NCBI GenBank assembly: GCA_965203445.1
Contig: OZ241883.1
Coordinates: 672,001 to 736,000, forward strand
Length of the DNA stretch: 64,000 nt
Reading direction: 5' to 3'
Origin: Candidatus Oxydemutator sp.
Lineage (GTDB): Bacteria; Pseudomonadota; Gammaproteobacteria; Poriferisulfidales; Oxydemutatoraceae
The notes under the pieces are model-generated. The model was given only the letters and a program-made list of their open reading frames with translations, ran no database searches and was not told the origin of the DNA. Positions within the stretch are counted from its first letter, which is position 1, and every line of letters begins with the position of its first letter. The translations under genes were made by a program, and so were the position numbers. Shown in pieces: positions 42,401-45,800 of the stretch.

Positions 42401-42890
42401 CGTCCAACGCGACCCGGGCCAGGCGGATAAAAAACTCCGCCGTCGTCCGCCCGGGCGGGATGGTCACGCTGTAGCGTCGCGGCAACGCGGGCAGGTCCTC
42501 GACCTCGGGTAAGACGGGGCGGTCGCCCGCCACCGCGCCTTCCCGGTCGAGAACGCTGACCCTTCCTCCTCCGAGCGACAACGCGTCGTAAAACACCGTC
42601 GTCTCCACGGGCACCGGGCGCTCCAGCGTAACCGTGAAATAGATCGGCCGAAGTATATCCAGCGCGTTCAGCTCCGAGCGCGCCGGCCGCGTGGGCCCGG
42701 TGATCACGACCGTCGGCGGCCGCAGCGTCGCCTGCGCCTCGAACTGGCGCGCGGCGTAGCTTCCGGTGGTGGTGGACGCGTGGAACGGAGCGGCGTCCGT
42801 TGCCTCCCCGTCAGCGGGCAGCGGTGCTACGCTAACGACGATGAACAACCCCAATGACGATAACCGCCGAGCATTCATGCTGTCGGCCAC
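15474..42890 (-). CDS. Giant secreted repeat protein B (9138 aa): signal peptide, 2 divergent N-terminal units, 15 GLUG/Calx-beta modules, C-terminal dockerin-like domain
   Basis: 27.4-kb uninterrupted ORF. Leader MNARRLSSLGLFIVVSVAPLPA (alternative ATG at 42878). 15 VATTSQLAA motifs between ~37800 and ~18080 at ~1.36-1.46 kb spacing. Two DVRTxAQLHAIRWDLDGDG units. Confidence 0.92.
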   Translation of the reverse strand: MADSMNARRLSSLGLFIVVSVAPLPADGEATDAAPFHASTTTGSYAARQFEAQATLRPPTVVITGPTRPARSELNALDILRPIYFTVTLERPVPVETTVFYDALSLGGGRVSVLDREGAVAGDRPVLPEVEDLPALPRRYSVTIPPGRTTAEFFIRLARVALDGTTRTTVRLRLSPASANVLIGTPSSATVSYFVNGIAHYVPPLITGIVRATDESESASIAPSFRALRVHENKVPYVLDFISYLPRPLLVGARFTYTLGGTAQGGSSCSGAADYRWPEGYDPVARRGTATGVSPGLGAIGALIVCDDNRNEPDETIFARLLSVTTPTAPTAPGAPFYTLLPDFDYSDASTQTIIVDDDAATVGFERDGYLIRQGATGEVCVVAAPPLMTTRPLTLTVGVAEEEEAAAVGAPPLPRAALSVRELGPFSDDDARHCLEVTPLDELGFTLSLAAMTATAVVVSPATASVTSAQPRDYDDDEDDLIDVRTVAQLHAIRWDLDGDGVPDRPAYASSYTDAFSNALPGMGCASTCTGYALRGDVDLGASRFGRARGGFGWPPIGDGDAGYAGDFDGRGHVVSGLFINRPGSDHVGLFARLGAGGVVERGFRNLGLINVDVTGGNRVGSVAGWAGSGTVVATVYASGGSVSGEEAVGGLAGMISDDVIAVYASVAVSGTRGVGGLAGVSGGGHARQLVAAYAAGRVAGVGDVGGLVGEHADALSSVENVYWDTFFSGQSTSALGDGMDTGALQTPTDYTGIYAGWNVDVDGDVGTGVDGKDDPWDFGADGRYPVLKSGGHDVARQLEAQLPGGLPTVTITGPTRPARSELNALDILRPIYFTVTLNRPAFAETTVFYDALSFGGGSVRVLDREGGAVAGDRPPSSVDGDPPALPQRYSVTIPPGQTTAEFFIRLNAEITRDSTTRSGVRLRLSPASANVLIGTPSSATASYFVNGVALYVPPLITGNMGATDESESESIVPNFRAHRLQLNKFPYILDSNGYLPRPLSVAGARFTYTLGGTAQGGSSCSGAADYRWPEGYDPVARRGTATRVSPGLGAIGVLIVCDDNRNEPDETIFARLLSVTTPTAPTAPGAPFYTLLPDFDYGGASTQTIIVDDDAATVGFERDDYPMRGGLPGEVCVAATLPLMTTRPLTLTVGVAEEEAAAAGAPPLPRAALSVRELGPFSDDDARHCLEVTPLDDLGFTLSLTATTATAVVVFPATASVTSAQHRDYDDDEDDLIDVRTAAQLHAIRWDLDGDGVPDRPAYASSYTNAFPNALPDMGCASTCTGYALRGDVDLGASRFGRARGGFGWPPIGDGDAGYAGDFDGRGHVVSGLFINRPGSDHVGLFARIGAGGVVERGFQNLGLIGVDVTGGNRVGSVAGWAGSGTVVATVYASGGSVSGEEAVGGLAGMISDDVIAVYASVAVSGTRGVGGLAGVSGGGHARQLVAAYAAGRVAGVGDVGGLVGEHADALSSVENVYWDTFFSGQSTSALGDGMDTGALQTPTDYTGIYAGWNVDVDGDVGTGVDGKDDPWDFGTSFDYPVLRGSDVARQRSSQFGITLALTGAASAAEGDTVEYQVAASVEVPYPVTVSWVVAPAPLNGAEARDFGSAGEAATALSDFPTGTAIIMTGSSRTTFSVHVFDDAEPEYAESFEVTASVADFGGRIIFGGHRAVATEIELSDEIDYDADGDNLIEVATTSQLAAIRHDLGGAGIAGVSDANEDDYFAAFPLFDEKQTCPSTCTGYELSADLDLSGLSWTPLGGGVETLLEEDYYTAVFEGNGHVVSNLRMISDEQLSHAGLFGAVSAVGVIRNVGLRNARVSLGAHSTYIGALVGRNEGRVAASYVSGGRISGVWAVGGLVGGHYGGLVASYADVEVHAEGANAGGLVGEAGGASVVSASYSVGATTGSGIVGGLIGNRRVGAVVESSYFDAERSGQSDCCGSNVPSPDNTSKTSSELRVPTTATGTIYAGWDRLNVDDVDQGDDGDYNDDAPWDFGSVFDYPVLVFGGATDTQAARRTSQQQAQGVSFVPVLTGSATVSEGDTASYVVRLPLALPAGVSARWDWAVSGSVNPSGGNVVIASGAVSASFSVTVLDDDVPELSEVLVVSLTGARLTGTPAHVGLGVPAPVMTTVEASDEIDYDFDDDNLIDVATTSQLAAIGHDLGGVGIAGVSSADRAAYLAAFPFFDDKQTCPSTCTGYELSNDLDLSDIPDWKPLGGGSQVEAPVDTYTAVFEGNGHVVSNLRVARGGSWYHVGLFGAVGAGGIIRNVGLRNARVNLGSDSEFTGALVGRNEGKVAASYVSGGRISGVFAVGGLIGGNFGSVVASYADVEVHVRRSNAGGLVGEAGGASVVSASYSVGRLTGGVIGGLLGTKDVGAVVESSYFDSERSGQSDCCATNVPSPDNTSKTSSELRAPTTATGTIYEGWDKLNVDDVDQHGDGDFNDDAPWDFGSAFDYPVLVFGGATDVRATRRTSQQQAQGVILVPTFVGSETVSEGDTASYVVSLPEALPAGVSARWNWAARGDLVEPSSGSVVIAPGAVSASFSLVVLDDEVPDLSGILVVALTGARLTGAPAHVGLGVPFPVRTTVEASDKIDYDDDGDTLIEVATTSQLAAIRYDLGGVGMAGVSDANRPDYFAAFPFFDVEQTCPGTCTGYELSADLDLSGIPDWTPLGGGSQVEDPVDYYTAVFEGNGHVISNLRVTGGGRRYHVGLFGAVSAVGTIRNVGLRNARVNLGGDSGQMGALVGRNDGQVAASYVSGGRISGASAVGGLIGDHRGRLVASYADVEVHAEESNVGGLVGEAAGASVVSASYSVGATTGRDTVGGLIGNRVVGAVVESSYFDRERSGQNRCCGSNPPTPDDASKASVELFFPTTAAGTIYEGWNQLNVDDVDRGDDGDLYDDAPWDFGGAFDYPVLVFGGSTETVQARRTSQRQAQRIILTPTLAGSETVSEGEVASYVVSFPIALPTGVATSWSWVVGGGDVGADDFVGTTAGSVVIASGAVSASFSVRVFDDAVLESPEVLVVTLTGARLTGAPAYVTSGVVSVMTTIEFSDGTGYDLDGDTLIEVATTSQLAAIRHDLGGAGLAGVVGDANRDDYLAAFPLFDKARTCPRTCTGYELSADLNLSGSNWTPIGGEATTLTHRLRNPYSAVFEGNGRVISDLTITRNDRPWYSMGLFGVVSDVGVIRNVGLRNARVSVGNNGTYIGALVGSNRGKVAASYVSGGRVSGAFSVGGLIGSHFGRVVASYADVEVHGLGTVGGLVGASGGASVVSASYSIGATTGTDLVGGLIGDRIVGAALESSYFDGGRSGQSRCCGSNPPSPDDTSKTSSQLRAPTAAAGTIYAGWDQLNVDGVDQGGDRDYNDDAPWDFGSVLDYPVLVFGGATDTRQARRVSQLEAQPRVTLAATFTGSVTVSEGEVARYVVRLPIVLPAGASARWDWAVRGGFVYPRSGTVVIGPGAVSASFSVTVLDDDVPEFSEVLVISLTGARLTGTLKHVGLGVLAPVRTTVEASYEMDYDVDDDGLIEVATTSQLAAIGHDLGGAGIAGVSSANRAAYFAAFPLFGEVQTCPSTCTGYELSADLDLSGIPDWTPLGGGGDFDSRLRDADYYSAVFEGNGHVISNLTMTRDGESHHMGLFGAVSAGGVIRNVGLRNARVELAAVVPGGDGGNQVGALVGRNEGKVAASYVIGGRVSGVEVVGGLVGGNYGVVVASYADVEVHVDVNTGGGLVGASGGASVVSASYSLGATTGSDLVGGLIGDRIVGAALESSYFDVGRSGQSRCCGRSVPSPDNTSKTSSELRTPTTTAGTIYAGWDQLNVDDVDQGGDDDLNDDAPWDFGSVFDYPVLVFGGATETMAMRRTSQQQAQPQVILAATLTGSVTVSEGEAASYVVSLPEVLPAEATVRWDWVVGGGEVSIADFVGTTGVVVIGSGAVSASFSVTVLDDDVPEFSEVLVVTLTGARLTGAPARGVDLGVPVSVRTTIEASDEIDYDDDNDGLIEVATTSQLAAIGHDLGGVGLAGVSSANRAAYFAAFPVFGAVQTCPSTCTGYELSGDLDLSGIPDWTPLGGGGDFDSRLRDADYYSAVFEGNGHVISNLQMTRDGESYHMGLFGAVSAVGVIRNVGLRNARVELAAGVPGSDGGNQVGALVGRNEGKVAASYVIGGRVSGEETVGGLVGGNYGVVVASYADVEVHVDVNTGGGLVGASGGASVVSASYSLGATTGSGLVGGLIGDRIVGAALESSYFDTERSGQSSCCGTNPPSPDDTPKTSSELRVPTTAAGTIYEGWDQLNVDDVDQGGDDDLNDDAPWDFGSVFDYPVLVFGGATETRQARRTLQLEAQGIILAAALTGSATVSEGEGASYVVSLPEALPAGVSARWDWAVRGGFVDPSGGSVVIGSGAVSASFSLVVLDDDAPELSEVLVISLTGARLTGAPAHVGLGVPAPLRTTVEASDEIDYDDDGDNLIEVATTSQLAAIRYDLGGVGSAGVSSANRAAYLAAFPFFDAERTCPSTCTGYELSNDLDLSGIPNWTPIGGGITRAPWDIPPERRYQAVFEGNGHVISNVTIIGPNNAAGRFDSVGFFGAVGAGGTIRNLGLNNVHTNMAGSSVGAGALAGYNAGKVAACYVVNGGTVVRGGWALGGLVGRLDGGVVIASYADVPVHQWFPGQSVGGLIGGVVNGGIVSASYAVSRLTRNGSGLSGSASGGLVGDHSSGTIQISYFDKGRSGQSACCGNNKPTTDNAPKTFSQLRAPTAAAGTIYEGWDQLNVDDVDQGRDGDYNDDAPWDFGSAFDYPVLVFGGATETRAMRRTSQQEAQPRVILAPTLAGSATVSEGEVASYVVRLSEALPMGVTMSWSWAVGGEVDVADFVGTTAGSVVIASGAVSASFSLIVRADGVPESREVLVVTLTSARLTGAPARSVSVSGPVSVSVRTIIELSDGAGRDYDVDDDGLIEVATTSQLAAIRYDLGGVGPAGVSDDGNDKAHYFAAFPFFDERRSCPGTCTGYELSNDIDLSGEDWEPIGGGERRSISVAAGNVLPEEHRYNAVFEGNGHVISNMKVGALNEIWHFVGLFRALSDDGVIRNVGLTNVDVGVHRNSVQTGALAGANYGGKVAASYVVGGTVYGGWGVGGLVADNRGTIIAGYTDVAVGVGSDGAGGLVGGNGSGGKITASYSLGVVGLAPAFWLLDLTRGGLVGYNTAASTAIESSYFAKGLSRRSACCGAGNVPTTDTAPRTSFQLRAPTAAAGTIYEGWDRLNVDDVDQGGDGDYNDDAPWDFGGVFDYPVLVFGGATETRAMRRTSQQQARPRVSLAATLAGSETVAEGGTASYVVRLPVVLPTGVTVSWSWTVGGDVSAADFVGTTAGSVVIASGAVSASFSLRVRDDAVPESFEVLVVTLSSARLVGAPARSVSLGVPVSVRTTIEASDGIGYDVDNDGLIEVATTSQLAAIRHDLGGAGLAGVGGDANRAAYLAAFPFFDVEQTCPGTCTGYELSADLDLSGVDWTPIGGATRRSRVGPGNSNTPPLDGRYQGGFEGNGHVIRNMRIRSPSQNWHYVGLFGALGEAGWVRGVGLRDVVVDVRGGFSGSIGAGALVGHSYGRVAASYVSGGSVSGGWEVGGLTGANGGTLIASYADVSVAATDRSLGGLVGSLSGSGVVSASYSVSRVVRSDNSRSVGGLVGGRSGSSVLSASYFDGVRSGEHRCCGERWPSPDDAPRTSNDLRIPTTATGTLYEGWDQLNVDRVDQGRDGDYNDDAPWDFGTEFDYPVLVFGGATGTRSARRASQIGVQQVVTLRGSATVAEGATAEYTVGVPIEVPRPVTVSWVVSAAAGSDGAAPGDFRADATATTALADFPTGTAIIMTGGSRTTFSVHVFDDQDAEYPERFQVSVNLVADVGAEVASRGTTPQVTTIEMSEGTDYDADDDTLIEVATTSQLAAIRYDLGGAGLAGVSGGANRSAYRAAFPFFDEMRTCLSTCTGYELSADLDLSSVNPAPGAGWTPLGGGGDSLLDNYYTAVFEGNGHVVSNLRVARGGRLSHAGLFGAVGAGGVIHNVGLRNARVSLGDHSTFIGALVGRNDGEVAASYVSGGRISGVWGVGGLIGGHYGRLVASYADVEVHAGGGTVGGLVGQAFVPSVVSASYSVGKPTGNTVGGLIGQRAVGAVVESSYFDTKRSLRAGCCGTNPGALNNVAPKTSGELRVPTTAAGTIYEGWDQLNVDRLDQGRDGDYNDDAPWDFGGVFDYPVLVFGGATETRAMRRTSQQEAQPRVILAPTLTGSATVPEGGTASYVVRLPEVLPAGVTVSWSWTVGGEVDIADFVGTTAGSVVIAAGAVSASFSVTVLDDDVPEPSEVLVVTLTGARLTGVPARDVDLGAPVSVRTVVELSDGVGRDYDVDDDTLIEVATTSQLAAIRYDLRGGGRISVGEADDLIEYDRAFPFFDERRTCPSTCTGYELSNDIDLSGEDWKPIGGGERRSIASGNVLPEEHRYNAVFEGNGHVISNMKVGALNEIWHFVGLFRALSDDGVIRNVGLTNVDVGVHRNSVQTGALAGANYGGKVAASYVVGGTVYGGWGVGGLVADNRGTIIAGYTDVIVGVGSDGAGGLVGGNGSGGKITASYSLGAVGLAPAFWLLDLTRGGLVGYNVAASTAIESSYFAKGRSGQSACCGAGNVPTTDTAPRTSLQLHAPTAAAGTIYEGWDKLNVDDVDQGRDGDYNDDAPWDFGGVFDYPVLVFGGATETRAMRRTSQQQAQGVTPTVTLVGSETVSEGGTASYVVSLPLVLPAGVRASWDWAAGGGTVGIADFVGTTAGSVVIASGASSASFSLRVRDDDVPEFSEFLVVSLSSARLTGAPERVSLGVPVSAVMTTIEVSDEIDYDVDDDALIEVATTSQLAAIRHDLGGAGIAGVSSANEAAYRAAFPLYDETRTCPGTCTGYELSADLDLSGIPDWTPLGGGVRFEDLPGDTYTAVFEGNGHVISNLRMTRRGKWYYLGLFGVVGADGVIRNVGLRNARLDLVVRGSGGGVFAGALVGRNDGRVAASYVSNGSVSGEQGVGGLIGDHHGRLVASYADAEVHADISNVGGLVGEVRAGSVVSASYSIGKPTGAVVGGLIGDRAAGAVVESSYFDAERSGRSRCCGTNPPSPDDASKASVELFFPTTAVGTIYEGWNKLHVDDVDQGGDDDLNDDSPWDFGSVFDYPVLVFAGATETRQARRASQLEAQPQATLAATLTGSETVSEGDTASYMVSLPVVLPAGVRASWDWAVGGGTVGIADFAGTTTGSVVIASGASSASFSVTVRDDDVPEFPEVLVVSLSSARLTGAPARVSLGVPFSVRTVVEVSDEIDYDGDDDGLIDVATTSQLAAIGHDLGGVGLAGVSSANRTAYYAAFPLFDERRTCPSTCTGYELSSDLDLSGLNWKPIGGEATTFAHRLRNPYSAVFEGNGHVISNLTMTRNDRQWYGMGLFGVVSDVGVIRNVGLRNARVSVGNNGTYIGALVGRNEGKVAASYVSGGSISGAFSVGGLIGANFGSLVASYADVEVHVDVNTGGGLVGASGGASVVRASYSIGATTGSDLVGGLIGDRIVGAALESSYFDGGRSGQSRCCGSNPPSPDDTSKTSSQLRVPTTAAGTIYAGWDRLNVDGVDQGGDGDYNDDAPWDFGSVFDYPVLVFGGATETRQARRALQLEAQPQASLAATLTGSVIVSEGEMARYVVRLPIVLPAGASARWDWAVRGGFVDPRGGTVVIGPGAVSASFSVTVLDDDVPEFSEVLVVSLTGARLTGTLKHVGLGVPAPVRTTVEASYEMDYDTDDDDLIEVATTSQLAAIRYDLGGAGIAGVSSANRAAYFAAFPLFGEVQTCPSTCTGYELSAGLNLSGLNWTPIGGAATTFGERLRNPYSAVFEGNGHVISNLTITRNDRQLYSMGLFGVVSNVGVIRNVGLRDVQVSVGNNSLYIGALVGRNEGKVAASYVSGGSVSGDQAVGGLVGSNSGQVVASYADVEVIAGINTGGGLIGAGNAGSVVSASYSIGEKTGIKIGGLIGARAGTAAIESSYFDGELSGQSSCCGTNPPSPDNTSKTSNELRVPTTAAGTIYEGWDKLNVDDVDQGGDGDFNDDAPWDFGSVFDYPVLVFGGATETMAMRRTSQQQAQGVILAAALAGSETVSEGGTASYEVSLPLVLPTGVRARWDWTVGGGEADIADFVAATGAVVIRSGASSASFSLVVLDDDVPEFSEVLVVTLTGARLTGAPAHVGLGVPAPLRTTVEASDEIDYDLDNDTLIDVATTSQLAAIGHDLGGAGIAGVSSANRAAYFAAFPFFGAVQTCPSTCTGYELSSDLDLSGLNWTPLGGDTDYSRMGLRLRDALRDADYYSAVFEGNGHVISNLTMTRDGASYHMGLFGAVSAGGVIRNVGLHNARVELAAGVPGGGGDGGNQVGALVGRNEGKVAASYVIGGRVSGEEVVGGLVGGNFGVMVASYADAEVYIESGLTGGGLVGGSVVGSVVSASYSVGATTGRIDPSDNVARGVPSGLIGSKAIAAVVESSYFDTGRSGQSRCCGTSVPSPDNTPKTSSELRAPTTAAGTIYEGWDKLNVDGLDRGDDGDLNDDAPWDFGSVFDYPVLVFGGATETQAARRTSQQEAQPEVDFTPTLAGSTVVAEGGTASYVVRLPGALPAGASARWSWAVGGEVDIADFIGTTAGSVVIAAGAASASFVLRVRADGVIEPPEVLAVTLSSARLTGAPADVRLGVPSTVARTTIAVNDPITVAARSATVSENTTATFTITLRGGGDRAVVVEYEITAASGGLTHEDLATVDIAGRGGADARSVGSLPFTGSVTLNEMGTATIAVRVASDRLENEGRERFRLRLTGCPNCVTHIAELGTPSFADVAIRRERSVVEVGARVVLQGALLPGSRRMRSDLVNLLPSRQPYDALPWEHPVTTTVPHAGAAAGLAGVTSTIVDWVLVELRTGQSTTAAASSRPPTGGRAAGLLLSDGRIAGINEAASSVADALSLDGVRFEAEPFEGEHLYVLIHHRNHLSVMSAVPAAATTGADCEADYCVDFRVGQSHGDGQIAVGAGVYAMVAGDVDRNGVIDERDEVLIRVYNLTSLGVGDYRAAAAAGHYAVDADVDFDGEVLSADRYFVIENKGRHRPFSVR
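38270..42720 (-). repeat. Tandem duplication of a ~2256-bp (~752 aa) unit at the N-terminus of gene B
   Basis: PTVxITGPTRPARSELNALDILRPIYFTV occurs at ~42720 and ~40465. Shadow ORFs 38849/41105 and 39307/41563 are offset by 2256. Confidence 0.92.
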
Positions 42891-42893
42891 TGC

Positions 42894-45800
42894 CTACTGA
42901 ATCGAAATCGTCCTGCGCCGATCCTTGTTCTCTATCACGAAATACCGATCGGCGGACAACACCTCGCCGTCAAAGTCCAGATCCGCGTCCACCGTGTAAT
43001 GGGCGGCCGCGGCCGCGGCGCGGTAGCCGACCGCGCCCAACGACGTCAGGTTGTACACGCGTATCAATGCCTCGTCTCGCTCATCAATCACGCCGTTTCG
43101 ATCCAGGTCGCCCGCGACCATCGCATGCAGGCCCGCCCCCATTTCAACCTGCCCGTCGCCGTGCGACTGCCCGACGCGGAAGTCCACGCAGTAGTCCGCC
43201 TCGCAATCGGTGCCCGTGGCCGCGACGACCGGAGCAGACGACATCACCGGCAGATGGTTGCGGTGGTGGATCAGCACGTACAGATCCTCGCCTTCGGGCG
43301 GCTTCAGCTCGAAGCGCACGCCGTCCAATAACGACGCATCCGCCACCGACGCCGCCTCGTTTATCCCCGCGATGCGACCGTCGCTCAGCAGCAGACCCGT
43401 CGCGCGACCGCCCGCCAGCGGCCGCGACGACGCGGCCGCGGCCGCGCTCTGGCCGGTGCGCAACTCCACCAGCACCCAGTCCACTATCGCCGAGGTTACC
43501 CCGGCCAGGCCGGCCGCCGTGCCCACGTGCGGCACCGTCGTCGTAGCCGGGTAGTTCCATGGGGACGCGCCGTACGGCTGGCGCCTCGGCAACAGACCCG
43601 CCAAGTCGCTCCTCATGCGGCGGGTTTCGGCAAGCAACGCCCCCTGCAAAACCACTCGCGCGTCCACCAGTATGCTCCTCGGGTCGCGCACGTTGACGTC
43701 CGCAAACGACGGGGTTCCCAGCTCCGCTACATGGGTGACGCAATTCGGGCAGCCCGTCAACCTCAAACGGAAGCGCTCGCGCTCCTCATTCTCCAACTGG
43801 TCGCTCGCCACGCGCACCGCTATCGTCGCCGTGCCCGTCTCATTCAACGTCACGCTCCCGGCAAACGGCAGCGAACCCACCGAGCGCGCGCTGGCGGCGC
43901 GCCCCTCTACGTTCACGGTAGCCAGGTCCTCGTGCGTCAAACCCTCGGATACGGCGGTAATCTCATATTCCACTACCACCGCCCGATCACCGCCGCCACG
44001 CAGCGTGATCGTGAACGTCGCGGTAGTGCCTTCGCTCACCGTCGCGGACCTCGCCGCCACCGTTATCGGATCATTGATCGCTATCGTCGTACGCGCGACG
44101 GTGCTCGGCACGCCCAAACGTACGTCAGCCGGCGCCCCCGTGAGCCTCGCGCTGCTCAACGTAACCGCCAGCACCTCGGGCGGTTCGATAACGCCGTCGG
44201 CGCGCACCCTCAACACAAACGACGCGCTGGCGGCGCCGGGCGCAATGACCACGCTGCCCGCGGTGGTGCCGACAAAGTCGTCGGCGTCGACTTCGCCGCC
44301 CACCGCCCAGCTCCAACGCGCGCTCGCCCCCGCCGGCAAGGCCCCCGGCAAGCGCACCACGTAACTCGCGGTGCCGCCTTCCGCCACCACCGTGCTCCCG
44401 GTGAGCGTCGGCGCAAAATCTACCTCCGGCTGCGTCTGCTGCTGCGACGTGCGACGCGCCGCCTGCGTGTCGGTAGCGCCGCCGAACACCAGCACCGGGT
44501 AATCGAACACGCTGCCGAAATCCCACGGCGCGTCGTCGTTAAAATCGCCGTCGCGTCCCTGATCCAGGCCGTCCACGTTCAACCTGCTCCAACCGGCGTA
44601 GATGGTGCCCGTCGCCGTCGTCGGGGCGCGCAACTGGTTCGACGTCTTCGAGGTGTTGTCCGGACTCGGCACGTTCGATCCGCAGCAGTCACTTTGGCCG
44701 CTGCGCTCTCGGTCAAAATAACTGGACTCCACCACGGCGCCGACCATCCTGTTCCCTATCAAGCCGCCGGCCGTAGCCCCCGTCGGTTTCCCGACCGAGT
44801 AACTGGCGCTCACCACCGACGCGCCACCGGCTTCGCCCACCAGACCGCCCGCGTTGGCTCCCTCTGCTGTATGCACTTCCACGTCGGCGTAACTTGCTAC
44901 CAGCCTGCCGTAATTACCCCCTATCAAGCCACCCACCGCCCATACGCCGGATATGCGACCGCCACTGACGTAACTCGCCACCACTTTGCCCTCGTTGCGC
45001 CCGACCAGCGCTCCTGTATTAGTACTGTGATCACCCAGGGATATCCACGCGTTGCGCAAGCCCACGTTGCGGACCGTGCCGACGGCGCTCACGGCGCCGA
45101 ACAAGCCCGTATGAGACAACCGCCCACCCCTGGCCACCCGCAGATTGCTGATGACGTGGCCGTTGCCTTCAAAAACAGCGGTGTAATAATTATCCAGAAG
45201 GCTGTCCCCTCCCCCGCCTATCGGCGTCCAACCCGGGCCCGGGGCCGGCTCCACGCTGGACAAATCCAGGTCGGCCGACAACTCGTAGCCGGTGCACGTG
45301 CTCGGACAGGTCTGCTTCTCGTCGAAAACGGGAAACGCCGCGAAATAAGCGAGTCTGTTCGCCTTGCCCACCACGCCCGCTATCCCGGCACCGCCCAGGT
45401 CATAGCGGATTGCCGCCAACTGCGACGTCGTCGCCACGTCTATCAAACCGTCGTTGTCGTCGTCGTAGTCTATCTCGTCGCTCGCCTCGATCGTGGTCCT
45501 GACGGAAACCGGCACGCCTAAACGCGCACGCGCGGGCGCCCCCGTCGGCATCGCGCTGCTCAACGTTACCACCATGACCTCGGACAACTCAGGGATAGTG
45601 TCATCGAACACCTCCACCGAAAACGACGCGCTGCTCGCGCCGGAACCGATGACTACGACGCCGGTCGTACCGACAAAGTCGGCGATGCTAACCTCGTCGC
45701 CGCCCACGACCCAATCCCAACGCACGCTCGCCCCCGTCGGCAAGGCCTCCGGCAAACTCACCACGTAACTCGCCGCCTCGCCTTCCGACACGGTAACGCT

